The notes beneath the pieces are model-generated. The model was not told the origin of the DNA, ran no database searches, and saw only the letters and a list, made by a program, of their open reading frames with translations. Source: Eukaryota sp. TZLM1-RC (taxonomy: Eukaryota; Protista; Metamonada: BaSk clade). From it: a stretch of DNA of 64,000 nucleotides. Position numbers and translations under genes: made by a program. Below are positions 39,101-50,207 of the stretch, piece after piece. The stretch's first letter is position 1, and each line of letters starts with the position of its first letter. The stretch lies in the NCBI GenBank assembly GCA_040285825.1, contig JAUPSS010000004.1, forward strand, positions 1,178,001 to 1,242,000, read 5' to 3'.

Positions 39101-39874
39101 TCTACTCAATCGGACAATTCAGCTCAAACAGCCCTCTTAAATCCACTCTCTTTCTTGAACAACGGAAATAGCAACATAAATAATCAGATTAATGTAATAA
39201 ATAATACAGATAGAGATTTATGCAACCGAACAGGTAACACTGCTCCTTGTATAAACCACAACAGATCCCAGCAGCCTCAGTTTTTAGAACTTCAGGTAAG
39301 AATTAACAGTACAGTCATAAAAGGCATGATAGATACAGCTGCATATTGTTCTGTCATTTCCCTAGACCTAGCAAATCTGTGTTCAATGTCCATCAATGAA
39401 AACGACATCACACAATTCATCCCTGCTAGTAACGTATCGACCAATTCGCTTGGAAGTGCACAAGGCTTTTTGACGTTCAATGTTGGTAGCATCGCGAACC
39501 AAGTTTCAATAAATCATACTCTCCCCATAATCCCGGGTTCAAACAAATTTTTAATTGGGGTAGACATGTTACAACAACTTGGGTTATTGACATCTGACCG
39601 TTTAGTAATTGTACTAGACGAAGAGCGCCGCACTTTACTAAATGCTGAAACCGAATTTGATAACAGAATTAAAACTCACCAAATCGGTCATGTAGAATCT
39701 ATTCCCAGCAGTGAAGAAGATTTTACCCAGCAATTAGATAGATCTGGATGTGAGATTAAATTAGATGATAGTGAGTATAATAAGAGTTTGTCTGATATAT
39801 CTGATATATTAGCTCAATACATGGACGTATTCAGCGACGTATTCACCTGGTTAATGAACTTTATTATCAACTGA
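36181..39874 (+). pseudogene. gag-pro: Ty3/gypsy-like Gag-protease polyprotein with one frameshift (about 38136-38141), truncated at the start of RT
   Basis: CCHC knuckle CTFCQIPGHIITEC, RGG-rich tract, aspartic protease GMIDTAA and LIGVDML, pre-RT ILAQYMDVF. Confidence 0.88.
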
Positions 39875-40061
39875 ATTGTTTCACGATGTAGTCCGTAGTG
39901 CGTTTGAACGAACTAATGTCTAAAGATTAGTTCTTTCGTTTCTCATCTGTTGATTGACCTAATCAAGTCCGTAGTTCGTCCGTTTAGTTTCAGAGTAGTC
40001 TAGTCCGTGGTTCGTTTGAACGAACTATTTCGTAGTCCAATCAGTCCGATGCCCATCTCTT

Positions 40062-40366
40062 TCAGCTGAGTATTAAGGGCAAAAAATGGTGAAACCAAAA
40101 AACGCATTTCCACAGGATTTTGAAAACTTTGTTTATGGTGAAGGAGATTATAGATTATCGACCCTTTTTGAACAACAAAAGTTGAAAAAAACATTGAGTT
40201 ATGTAGACCATCTGAGATATAGGCCTGAGTTTTTTCCACGATTTTCAACTGATGGATTCAGTAAACCACCTCAGTATATGGTCCCACTAATGTTTGCTAA
40301 TTTTGAGAATAATTTGAAACTAAATTATGAAAAACATATTAATACATAACATATTAAAACATATTA
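40062..40366 (+). pseudogene. Putative Fanzor1 REC-region fragment (part 2)
   Basis: YMVPLMFANFENNLKLNYEKHI matches the Fanzor1 motif m.T.yeNNi…f..hi; interrupted by CRE at 40367. Confidence 0.6.
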
Positions 40367-42807
40367 AAAATACTTCATCCTTATGAAGACGCTATAATGG
40401 ATCAAAATTTTTACGGCACATACTGGGAAAATTATCCATTGATGCCATCAGAAGTTTTTTCGGTGATCAAACAGAGACCATGCGGTAAGTCAGCCGGACT
40501 TTCTGGCATTACTATTGATCATGTAAAAGCCGCAATTATTTCTTCAGAGGATTGTCTTGGTTTATTGAGCAAATTTTTCAACAAAATATTATCTCGTCAA
40601 CTCAAATACCCAGAAGAATTAAGAAGTTCTTGTTTGACTGCACTTGTCAAAAATTCAAAAATGGATGTTCGTCATATTGCAGTCTCTGAGAGCTTACACA
40701 ATATTTTTTCTGCGTGTTGCTTAAGCATGTTCAATGAGAAAGCAAAAAAATTTTATTACCCTTTCAATATGGTATTAATACCACAGATGGAGTCTCTTCA
40801 GCGTTATTTGCTACTGATGTTTTTTTTCGCCAAAATGAATCCAATGTTTGTATGTCATTGGATTTTAGTAATGCTTTCAATTCACTAAGTCGTCGCAGTA
40901 TCCATCGTGCTCTATTGCAATATATGCCGGAATTAATGCCGTATTTTCAATCAACATATTGCACATATTCTAATTTACATTTTGGTAACAACATTTTGAG
41001 TTCATCAAGTGGTGTAAAGCAAGGAGATCCGTTAGGGCCTCTTTTGTTTTGTTTGGCCATTCATCCTATTTTACTGCAAATTCAAGAGATGTTTCCTTCA
41101 CTAAAAATGATTGCATATATGGATGATGTTGTGCTTATTGCTGATTTAAATATTGTCGAACAAGCAACTGTATGTTTTAAAGAATTATTTACCAAAATTG
41201 GTTTCCAACTTAATTTACTTAAATGTGTTTTGTTATCGAATTCTCCAGTTTCCACAATAGTTGATGGTATTGAAATTCAAGCCAAATTATATTCAATTGA
41301 TGATATTCGTCATTTGAGTTCGTTTTGAGGAAATAATGATGAAATTACCAAAAGATTGTTTGAAAAGTTGAACTCAATTTCTGATAACATTGACCGAATG
41401 ATGAATTTAGATATAAAAAAACACATCAAATTAACCATTATAAGACTGTGTTTTAGTTCCAATTTTAATCATATATTTGGATCTACAAATCCTCTCGTCA
41501 CTAGACCTTTGGCTCAGAAATTTAATGAGTTACGTGCAAAAGTTCTGTCTCAATTACTGGTATGTTTCAAATTCCAGATCATGCTTACCTTAGTCCACAT
41601 TATGGCGGTTTAGGGTGGACGAAGGCTTCTATTCTTACCTCGTGTGCTTTTGTTGGTGGATGCAGAAATGCAATCTTTGAGTTTTCCGAAAGATTTGCAG
41701 ATTGGGAAGATTTATTGATGACAACGCAAAGTTGCACTGTTTTTGCATTAAATGAAGAAAATTCAAAAATTGATGTATGAAATTGAAAAATGGGGTCGAT
41801 GTTTTCCCCAATCATTCAATGGCAATATTCCAGAAAAAAATGTTTTAAATTTGAAGTACACTCTTCGAACATTACAGAAACGATTGACTGGAATGTATGA
41901 AAAAGATCTTTATAATAATATATGCAGCTCGGCTGTTTTAAATCAAGATCTTCACTCATTGTTATTGGAAAAGGGTGTTTGTGAAAACAAGTCGTCAGAT
42001 CCTTCACTTTTTGTAACCATTGTACCACGAAGATTTGGATTGTGTGCCACTAATGAAGCATTTGTAACAAAAATGAGATTATATTTGAACATCCCCATTA
42101 ATCAATTATAATCAAAAGAAAAATGTATTTGTTCGAATTCACCTCAACTCACTTTGCGCCATGCTCTGAATTGCTCTAAATTGATAACTTATCGTTCTTC
42201 ATTACATGATGCTGTTAGAGACACTGTTTTCAATACGGCACAAACTGCAAGAATATCGTGTATCACAGAGCCCCTGCTGAAGGAAACACTTTCTCTGAAT
42301 AATTTTGGTTCTGATGATAGAGGTGATGTATACTGTGATTGGATTGATAATTCTGAAGCTATTATTGACTTTGTCTCATGTAATGCTGCAAATGATACTT
42401 TGGTTCACAGAAGAAAACTTAATCCTGTGGCTGCTCTGGATTTTAAAGCAAAAGAGAAACATAGAAAATATGATAAAGATATTGAAGAGGCTAATGTCGA
42501 TAGAAATACACAGCTGGTTTTTATTGCTTTCCCATTTTCGATAAATGGAAGATTATCAGTTGAAGCAGAAACTTTTTTGGATGACTTCCAAAAAATGGTG
42601 CAAGAAAAAACAATGAGAAGATTTGATATATTTTTATGGCGTTCACGGATTCAATTTGCCATTATTAATAGACTACCACGGTTTTTCAATCGAATAAGAG
42701 AAGCTTTAGCTAGACAGCAAGCAGATCAAGATTTTGTAGAGGAAATCTTGGTTCAATGATAGTCGTCCCATTAGTATTGAGTTAATTTAATTAAGTGTGC
42801 AAATTCA
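40367..42807 (+). mobile_element. 5'-truncated CRE subfamily A copy with stops and frameshifts
   Basis: Colinear with the reverse complement of about 44605-47046; QGDPLGP, YMDD, RLE and 3' UTR present. Confidence 0.95.
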
Positions 42808-44546
42808 CACTTTGATGTTTACTTTGACAAAGTAGATGTGGAAAATGTGTTATCAGAAATGCACAAGCTGGGTGGATACTCAACGCCATTATCTACTATA
42901 ATTTCACTATATAGATTTAGGCTTCGTTAATTCAAAAACTTGTGTTTAGTTGATGATAGAGATTGCTTGGGTTCTTTGTTCCATCATCCTGAAAATATTT
43001 TAGACCTTCTGAATGATGAATTTTTCGATTTATGTGAACAACATGATATAAAAAATAAGGAACTTAGAGACATATTTGAAGGTCTTATTGAGCCATTTAC
43101 TTGTCAAATTGAGAATTTGGTCACTGACGAGAATTTAGTGGGCAACATATTTCCAATGGATTTACATTTTCTTGCAGACGCTGTTGAAAAAGATCATCAA
43201 ATATTCCCAACAACAGCAATTACTATTGCCCAATATATTTCCAGTAGAGAGAAAAAACCTTATCATATTTTTCCTGTTTCCACCACTGTAGGCCCTGGAT
43301 ATTTTCCAATTGATACAAGAACAATATGGACAATTATAAGACAAACATTGATGGACGATTTGTTGCCTAATCAGAGACTAAAAATGGTCAATATACTAGC
43401 TCAAATTACCAAATTGAAACCAACTGAGCAATTTTACTTTTGGTCTAATATTCTCGATGTAAACCTACCAAAGTTCAAGCAGAAGAGCTATAAATTCAAC
43501 AACATTATCCACACAGATGGATTTAATATTGCAGTAGAATTTGTTCGTCGGGATTTACAAGGTCAGAAATGTAAGACAGACAACAAGGCCAGTATTTCTG
43601 ATTTATATATTCATGATGTTGATGTTGATGCTTTTCAAGACAAACGAATTGTTGTTTGTGATCCTGGAAAACGTGATTTATTAAACTTTGGGAGTAAAAA
43701 GAATGATGAAGAACTAGCCATGGTGCCTGAACATGAAACTGAAGAGCAAAGAAATACTCGGGTGATGAATCAAGACAAATCAAGTACAAATGGTTGAGAA
43801 TGACTCAGATGTCCTGGTCTTTGAAGAGTTGGATGAATGAAAAACAAAAACGATGGGTGACAAAGTATACTGAGGTAGATTACGACAGGAACCAAATGAT
43901 AGAGTCTAACAAAATGACGATTGAAGATGTAAACACCGAATTATCCGCGTTTGCTGCAAATTCAGCAACTTTTATAGATTTTTCCAACTATGTGGTTGCT
44001 AAACTTCGGCATGTTTGTTTTGACAATTGACTTTTACAGTCTTGACTTGTGGAGCATTCATAAAATGCAAGTTTTTATTCACAAGCAAAAGACTGAAAGT
44101 TGATTTAACAAGGTAAAAGCCTTGTTCAGTAGTTTGGCAATCCAAAAGACATTTTAATACTAATGGGTAATTATAGTAAAAAAGGGTCCAAGAATTTAAA
44201 ACATCATAGACCTACTCGAGGCATTGGATGGATTCAATTTCTGAAACGAAATAGATTTGAAGTATTGATGATTAATGAAGCTTTCACTTCAACAAAATGT
44301 CCTGTTTGTTTTAAAAAGGTTGCTACGTTTTTGAGAGTAACATATCCCAGATTCTATAGAAGAGAAAAGATTCCAGTTACTACATGTCATGGTTTATTAG
44401 CTGGTAATAGTGAGAGTTGTAAAATCAGTAACAAAGGCTCAACAAAGCTTTTCAATAGAAATAAACTGGCTTGTCTGAATATGTTTACAATTGCTGAAGC
44501 GGGGATGAGTGGTAATGAAAGGCCTCAGTATCTGTGTAGTATATAG
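42808..44546 (+). pseudogene. Fanzor: Fanzor1 (eukaryotic TnpB-like RuvC nuclease) pseudogene, main part
   Basis: FNNIIHTDGFNIAVEF, RuvC-I VCDPGKRDLL (D 43660-43662), PTRGIGW, RuvC-II INEAFTS..CPVC (E 44277-44279), HGLL, RuvC-III NRNKLACLNM (D to N at 44460-44462), terminal RPQYL; several stops and frameshifts. Confidence 0.9.
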
Positions 44547-44587
44547 TTTTTGTAATTATTCCACACGAAAATTGATCGTGTACTTAT
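44520..44587 (+). ncRNA. 5' part of putative Fanzor omegaRNA / right end (continues at 47941-47976)
   Basis: Lies at the ORF 3' end; hairpin ACACG/CGTGT (44563-44581); split by a CRE insertion with TSD. Confidence 0.45.
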
Positions 44588-47500
44588 TTGGATCATCTTT
44601 ATTGAATTTGCACACTTGATTAAATTAAATCATAACTAATGGGACGACTATCATTAAACCAAGATTTCCTCTACAAAATCTTGATTTGCTTGCTGTCTAG
44701 CTAAAGCTTCTCTAATTCGATTGAAAAACCGCGGTAATCTATTAATAATGGCAAATTGAATCCGTGAACGCCATAAAAAAATATCAAATCTTTTCATTGT
44801 TTTTTCTTTCACCATTTTTTGGAAGTCATCCAAAAAAGTTTCTGCTTCAACTGATAATCTTCCATTTATCGAAAATGGGAAAGCAATAAAAACCAGCTGT
44901 GTATTTCTATCGACATTTGCATCTTCAATTTCTTTATCATATTTTCTATGTTTTTCTTTTGCTTTAAAATCCAGAGCAGCCACAGGATTAAGTCTTCTTC
45001 TGTGAACCAAAGTATCGTTTGCAACATTACATGAGACAAAGTCAACAATAGCTTCAGAATTATCAATCCAATCACAGTATACATCACCTCTATCATCAGA
45101 ACCAAAATTATTCAGAGAAAGTGTTTCCTTCAGCAGGGGCTCTTTGATACACGATATCCTTGCAGTTTGTGCCATATTGAAAACAGTGTCTCTAACAGCA
45201 TCATGTAATGAAGAACGATAAGTTATCAATTTAGAGCAATTTAGAGCATGGCGCAAAGTGAGTTGAGGTGAATTCGAACAAATACATTTTTCTTTTGATA
45301 ATAATTGGTTAATGGGGATGTTCAAATATAATCTCATTTTTGTTACAAATGCTTCATTAGTGGCACACAATCCAAATCTTCGTGGTACAATGGTTACAAA
45401 AAGTGAAGAATCTGACGCCTTGTTTTCACAAACACCCTTTTCCAATAACAATGTGTGAAGATCTTGATTTAAAACAGCCGAGCTGCAAATATTATTATAA
45501 AGATCTTTTTCATACATTCCAGTCAATCTTTTCTGTAATGTTCGAAGAGTGTACTTCAAATTTAAAACATTTTTTTCTGGAATATTGCCATTGAATGATT
45601 GGGGAAAACATCGACCCCATTTTTCTACATCAATTCTTGAAATTTCTTCATTTAATGCAAAAACAGTGGAACTTTGCGTTGTCATCAATAAATCTTCCCA
45701 ATCTGCAAATCTTTCGGAAAACTCAAAAATTGCATTTCTGCATCCACCAACAAAAGCACACGAGGTAAGAATAGAAGCCTTCGTCCACCCTAAACCACCA
45801 TAATGTGGACTAAGGTAAGCATGATCTGGAATTTGAAACATTTTACATCCCAGTAATTGAGACAAAACTTTTGCACGTAACTCATTAATTTTCTGAGCCA
45901 AAGGTCTAGTGACGAGAGGATTTGTAGATCGAAATATATGATTAAAATTGGAACTAAAACACAGTCTTATAATGGTAAATTTGATGTGTTTTTTTATATC
46001 TAAATTCATCATTCGGTCAATTTTGTCAGAAATTGAGTTCAACTTTTCAAACAATTTTTTGGTAATTTCATCATTATTTCCTAAAAACGAACCCAAATGA
46101 CGAATAGCATCAATTGAATATAATTTGGCTTGAATTTCAATATCATCAATTATTGTGGAAACTGGAGAATTCGATAACAAAACACATTTAAGTAAATTAA
46201 GTCGGAGACCAATTTTGGTAAATAATTCTTTAAAACATACAGTTGCTTTTTTCACAATATTTAAATCACCAATAAGCACAACATCATCCATATATGCAAT
46301 CATTTTTAGTGAAGGAAACATCTCTTGAATTTGCAGTAGAATAGGATGAATGGCCAAACAAAACAAAAAGAGGTCCTAACGGATCTCCTTGCTTTACGCC
46401 ACTTGATGAACTCAAAATGTTGTTACCAAAATGTAAATTAGAATATGTGCAATATGTTGATTGAAAATATGGTATTAATTCCGGCATATATTGCAATAGA
46501 GCACCATGGATACTGCGACGACTTAGTGAATTGAAAGCATTACTAAAATCCAATGACATGCAAACATTGGATTCATTTTGACGAAATAAGACATCAGTAG
46601 CAAAAATCGCTGAAGAGACTCCATCTGTAGTATTTATACCATATTGAAAGGGTAATAAAATCTTTTTAGCTTTTTCATTGAACCTGCTTAAGCAACACGC
46701 AGAAAAAATATTGTGTAAGCTCTCAGAGACTGCAATAGGACGAACATCCATTTTTGAATTTTTGACAAGTGCAGTCAAACGAGAACTTCTTAATTCTTCT
46801 GGGTATTTGCGTTGACCAGATAATATTTGGTTGAAAAATTTGGTCAATAAACCAAGGCAATCTTCTGAAGAAATAATCGCGGCTTTTACATGATCAATAG
46901 TAATACCAGAAAGTCCGGCAGACTTACCACGAGGTCTCTTTTTGATAACCGAAAAAACTTCTGATGGCATCAATGGATAATTTTCCCAGTATGTGCCGTA
47001 AAAATTTTGATCCATTATAGGGTCTTCATAAGGATGAAGTATTTTCAGTTTGTCTATTGTATTTTCATTGTTCGGTGCTTTAACTCCGGGACTTAAAGCT
47101 GACAAAGCCTTGGACCATTTGTTGTCAAAGCATTTGTCTTCAAAAATTTTACTTAATTTCTCGGATGACTGATTTCTCGGTGCTATATTAGTTAAATCTT
47201 CGGAAATATTAACAAAATTTTGTTCAAAAGGAGGACAAAAAGAACTAAAAAATTCCCAAATAATATTGATAGCATACTTTCCTTTACATAATTGATCCAA
47301 AAATCTTTGAAAAACGAAAGCAAATTCATTGCATTTGGTCGGATGAATTTCTTGAGGTATTCTTATAGGAGGATGGTAGTTATCAACTATGCGGCATTTC
47401 AAGCAGCGGTCAGAAGTTTTTCCTTTTGCATTTTTTCTAAAAGAAATACCACAAGTGTTGCAAGTTTTGTGCTTTAATCGGTTGCAAACTGGTTTTGCAA

Positions 47501-47930
47501 CAATTTGTGGAGCATTATTTAAGGGTTCTACCTTAGACTCTTTCCTTCTAATAAATTTTCTTTTACATTTTGTTTCAGAATTTGCCGCATCATTTTTTCC
47601 AACATTGGGGCATGTTCGAGCATTATGTCCCTGTTGTCGACACTTTGAGCATCTGTAGGAGCGTGGCTTTGTTTTTGAACAAACTTTGTTTTCATCGTGA
47701 TTGTCTAAAAATTCTTGATCAGAATTTTTTTTGTCCAAAAATGAAGAGAGAAGAGGTTGAGGAGGAGAGGTGGAAAGGACGTCTTGAGCATCTTGTTGAC
47801 TATCGTTCTTTCTTTTGACTCCATTAGAATCAGAAACTGATTCAGGCATCAACAAGAAAGAATAGAAGCAATGATCTCGGTTCAGCCAGGTTTTAAGTTA
47901 AACGGTTATATGTAGAGGAAGAAAAAAAAA
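44588..47930 (-). mobile_element. Essentially full-length CRE/SLACS-like RLE non-LTR retrotransposon (subfamily A), about 3.3 kb
   Basis: Flanked by the 10-bp direct repeat GTGTACTTAT (44578-44587 and 47931-47940); 5' end T9-CTTCCTCT; single ORF. Confidence 0.93.
44654..47849 (-). CDS. CRE ORF: CCHC knuckle - C4 finger - reverse transcriptase - knuckle - RLE, about 1064 aa after correcting one extra base in the A-run 46365-46369
   Basis: CSKCRQQGHNARTC, CNTC…CLKC, RPIAVSE, LDFSNAFNS, GVKQGDPLGP, YMDD, HDAV, RGDV, KEKHRKY; the sister copy has T4 at 41042-41045 and reads through. Confidence 0.9.
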
Positions 47931-47940
47931 GTGTACTTAT

Positions 47941-47978
47941 GGGAATTTCCAACCTCCCATACAATGAGATATACGGTA
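47941..47978 (+). mobile_element. Putative right terminus of the Fanzor transposon (Tc1/mariner-type end + TA)
   Basis: Hairpin TATGGGA/TCCCATA (47938-47961); reverse complement reads TA|CCGTATATCTCATTG, like pogo/Tc2-type TIR starts. Confidence 0.5.
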
Positions 47979-48688
47979 TGGAAATAGCTTCCTTTTGTGA
48001 ATGTCGCATTTGTCACGATGTAATGACCAATCCCACAACCCTTCCCTGTGGACATAGCTTCTGCATAGACTGCATCACGCAATGGATCGCTCATCAACCC
48101 TCATGTCCCTTCTGCAAAGGCTCCGTGAGCGATAACATCTCTCTTAACCCCAACATTACCCTTCTCGATCTACTGAGTGGCAAGAACCTCACCATACAAG
48201 AACAATGCTATGAATGTCAGGACACCTCTGCTGTTTTGTTCTGCATTGATTGCGGAGAATCCTTTTGTAAGGGATGTTCCAGGCTTATCCACATGAACCG
48301 AATCAATGGTAACCACAACATCGTAGATCACTCACAAAAAGCCAAGCAGAAACAGCCCTCCAAAGATGAACTACTCCGTCGTGTTTCTTTTTTAGAGAAT
48401 GAACTACAACATTCCAGGCATGAGTTGAGAAATGCGCATAGAGAGCTGACATTGAGGACAGAGGAGGTGGATCAGGTAAAAGGTCATTGTGAATTGCAAT
48501 CTCAGAAATTGGTAGAGTTGAATATGAAGTTTAAAGACAGGGGACAAGAGATTCACAAGTTGAATGAACGGTTGAGTGAGTTAAAGGTAAGGAGAGCTCA
48601 ATCAAATGCTCAATCAAATGGTCTATCGAATGGTCTATCAAATGGTCTATCAATTGATGAGCTTGTAGCACTTTCTCGTTCCTTTTAA
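47978..48688 (+). CDS. TRIM-like RING - B-box - coiled-coil protein (236 aa from ATG 47978)
   Basis: C3HC4 RING CRIC..PCGHSFCIDC..CPFC; B-box CYEC..CIDC..CKGC..H..H; heptad coiled coil; C-terminal SNGL repeats; upstream in-frame ATG 47939 lies in TE-derived sequence. Confidence 0.9.
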   Translation: MEIASFCECRICHDVMTNPTTLPCGHSFCIDCITQWIAHQPSCPFCKGSVSDNISLNPNITLLDLLSGKNLTIQEQCYECQDTSAVLFCIDCGESFCKGCSRLIHMNRINGNHNIVDHSQKAKQKQPSKDELLRRVSFLENELQHSRHELRNAHRELTLRTEEVDQVKGHCELQSQKLVELNMKFKDRGQEIHKLNERLSELKVRRAQSNAQSNGLSNGLSNGLSIDELVALSRSF

Positions 48689-49808
48689 GTTTAGTTTAAA
48701 TAACAATAAATCCAAATTCTTTTTATTCTTTCAAATACACTAATTATATTATCTGAAACACTGTCATGTTGATTAGTGCAACATGTCAATAATGATTAGA
48801 TTCAACAACAATGTATTTCAATCATCAAGCTACTGTTACCAACACCTCATTTATCCTCAACTCGCCCTTTGAACATGAGATCTTTTCGTTTTTGTTGTTT
48901 GCTTTTTGAGAGGACGCCGCTGCTTTGTACCTTCAGTGTACATTGGTGCCTGCTGAGGCTTTTTTCTACCACCAAGCTCCTCTCTTTCTTGTGTTTTTGT
49001 TGGAAGGTTACGCCGATCCATTTACAATTGTGAAGTATTCTTCAAAAACAGAAAGTTTTGTTTGAATATCAATTGTTCTTAGTAGATATCTTTTATTATT
49101 AAACGGAGATAATTATCACAAATATCTTCACTAGTGTGTTTCTTCACTGCTACATAGTAAATTCGTTACAAAATGAATTTTTACACCTAAATTTGGAGAT
49201 GAAAAACATTAAAACAGAGTCAAAGGAGGTACAAATTACCATATTGTACAATTCTAAGAAAGACCTCAATTTATTCAATCATTAATGAGAGATTTAACCT
49301 TGAAATTAAACCTTGGGAATGACGAAATTCCCGATTAAATAAGGTTTGAATAACATTTGAGGAAACCATAATTGCAGATCGCCGTTCTTTGAAAGAAATG
49401 TTAATTCAAAATGTGCGCTGAAATATAGGTTTAGTTTGAATAGCTCAATATATAATTATAATTACAAACAACCTCAATTACAATTTCTTTTGATTTTTTT
49501 TTCGTTTTTTTCCTACTTGAGAATTATTGAATGAAGAGATACACAAAGCACTCTAATTGTATAGATTCAAATCAAATTTGTGGAAAGGTGAATTGTAATT
49601 ATCTACTGCTGCTACAGTATTTATAATATCTCTTTTATTAGTCACAACAGTAAATTCATCATCTCCTTCACAATTTGAATCATTAAAAGGAGATAATTTG
49701 ATCAAAAAACTTGTTTACTTAAGTCAAACAAAATCACCAACAACAACCAAACCCTATAAAATGGATTTGTACAAAGCATCAAATTCATTCATCTCCTCAA
49801 AAGAGTAT

Positions 49809-50207
49809 CTAATGTGGATTCTGTTCTTCATTTGGTGTTATTGGTACCTGATTGTCATCGCTACCAATACTTCCTGGACTCTTGGCCTCAGTCTGTTTTC
49901 TGCCATTAATACTTATACAATCCTGCGCTGGTTCATCATCAACATCAGTCACCTCTGTTATAGACGTTAGGGGAGAAGGTTTAATATTACGTGATGCAAA
50001 CAGCCAGCCTTCGTATCGTTCTATGATAGCCTCACTGTCTTCTGAACAGTAGTCAGTGAGTTCCATCTCATCATTATTGTTCAAAGCCATCTCACAGGAA
50101 GAGAAAGCAGACGATAGATAAGCGTAATCAGGGATCGGTGATCCCATAACCTGCATTGGTTGTGTCTCATCGGGAGTCTGCAAAGGTAAAGACGATGTAC
50201 AACCCAT
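49809..50207 (-). CDS. Hypothetical acidic protein with N-myristoylation/palmitoylation motif
   Basis: Starts MGCTSS; clean 132-aa ORF. Confidence 0.6.
   Translation of the reverse strand: MGCTSSLPLQTPDETQPMQVMGSPIPDYAYLSSAFSSCEMALNNNDEMELTDYCSEDSEAIIERYEGWLFASRNIKPSPLTSITEVTDVDDEPAQDCISINGRKQTEAKSPGSIGSDDNQVPITPNEEQNPH

Larger units (their letters stand above)
35435..40061. mobile_element. Non-autonomous hAT(Ac)-like TIR element carrying an LTR-retrotransposon segment
   Basis: Left end TGGAGATGAGCA; right end (reverse complement) AAGAGATGGGCA; subterminal TAGTCCGTAGTTCG-type repeats at 35466-35589 and 39889-40050; flanking 8-mers GCACCTGG/TCAGCTGA match 5/8. Confidence 0.7.

Noticed and set aside
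46365-46369. Programmed frameshift splitting the CRE RT into two ORFs
   Set aside because: The sister copy (41042-41045) has one base fewer and reads through, so this is a private indel or homopolymer error.
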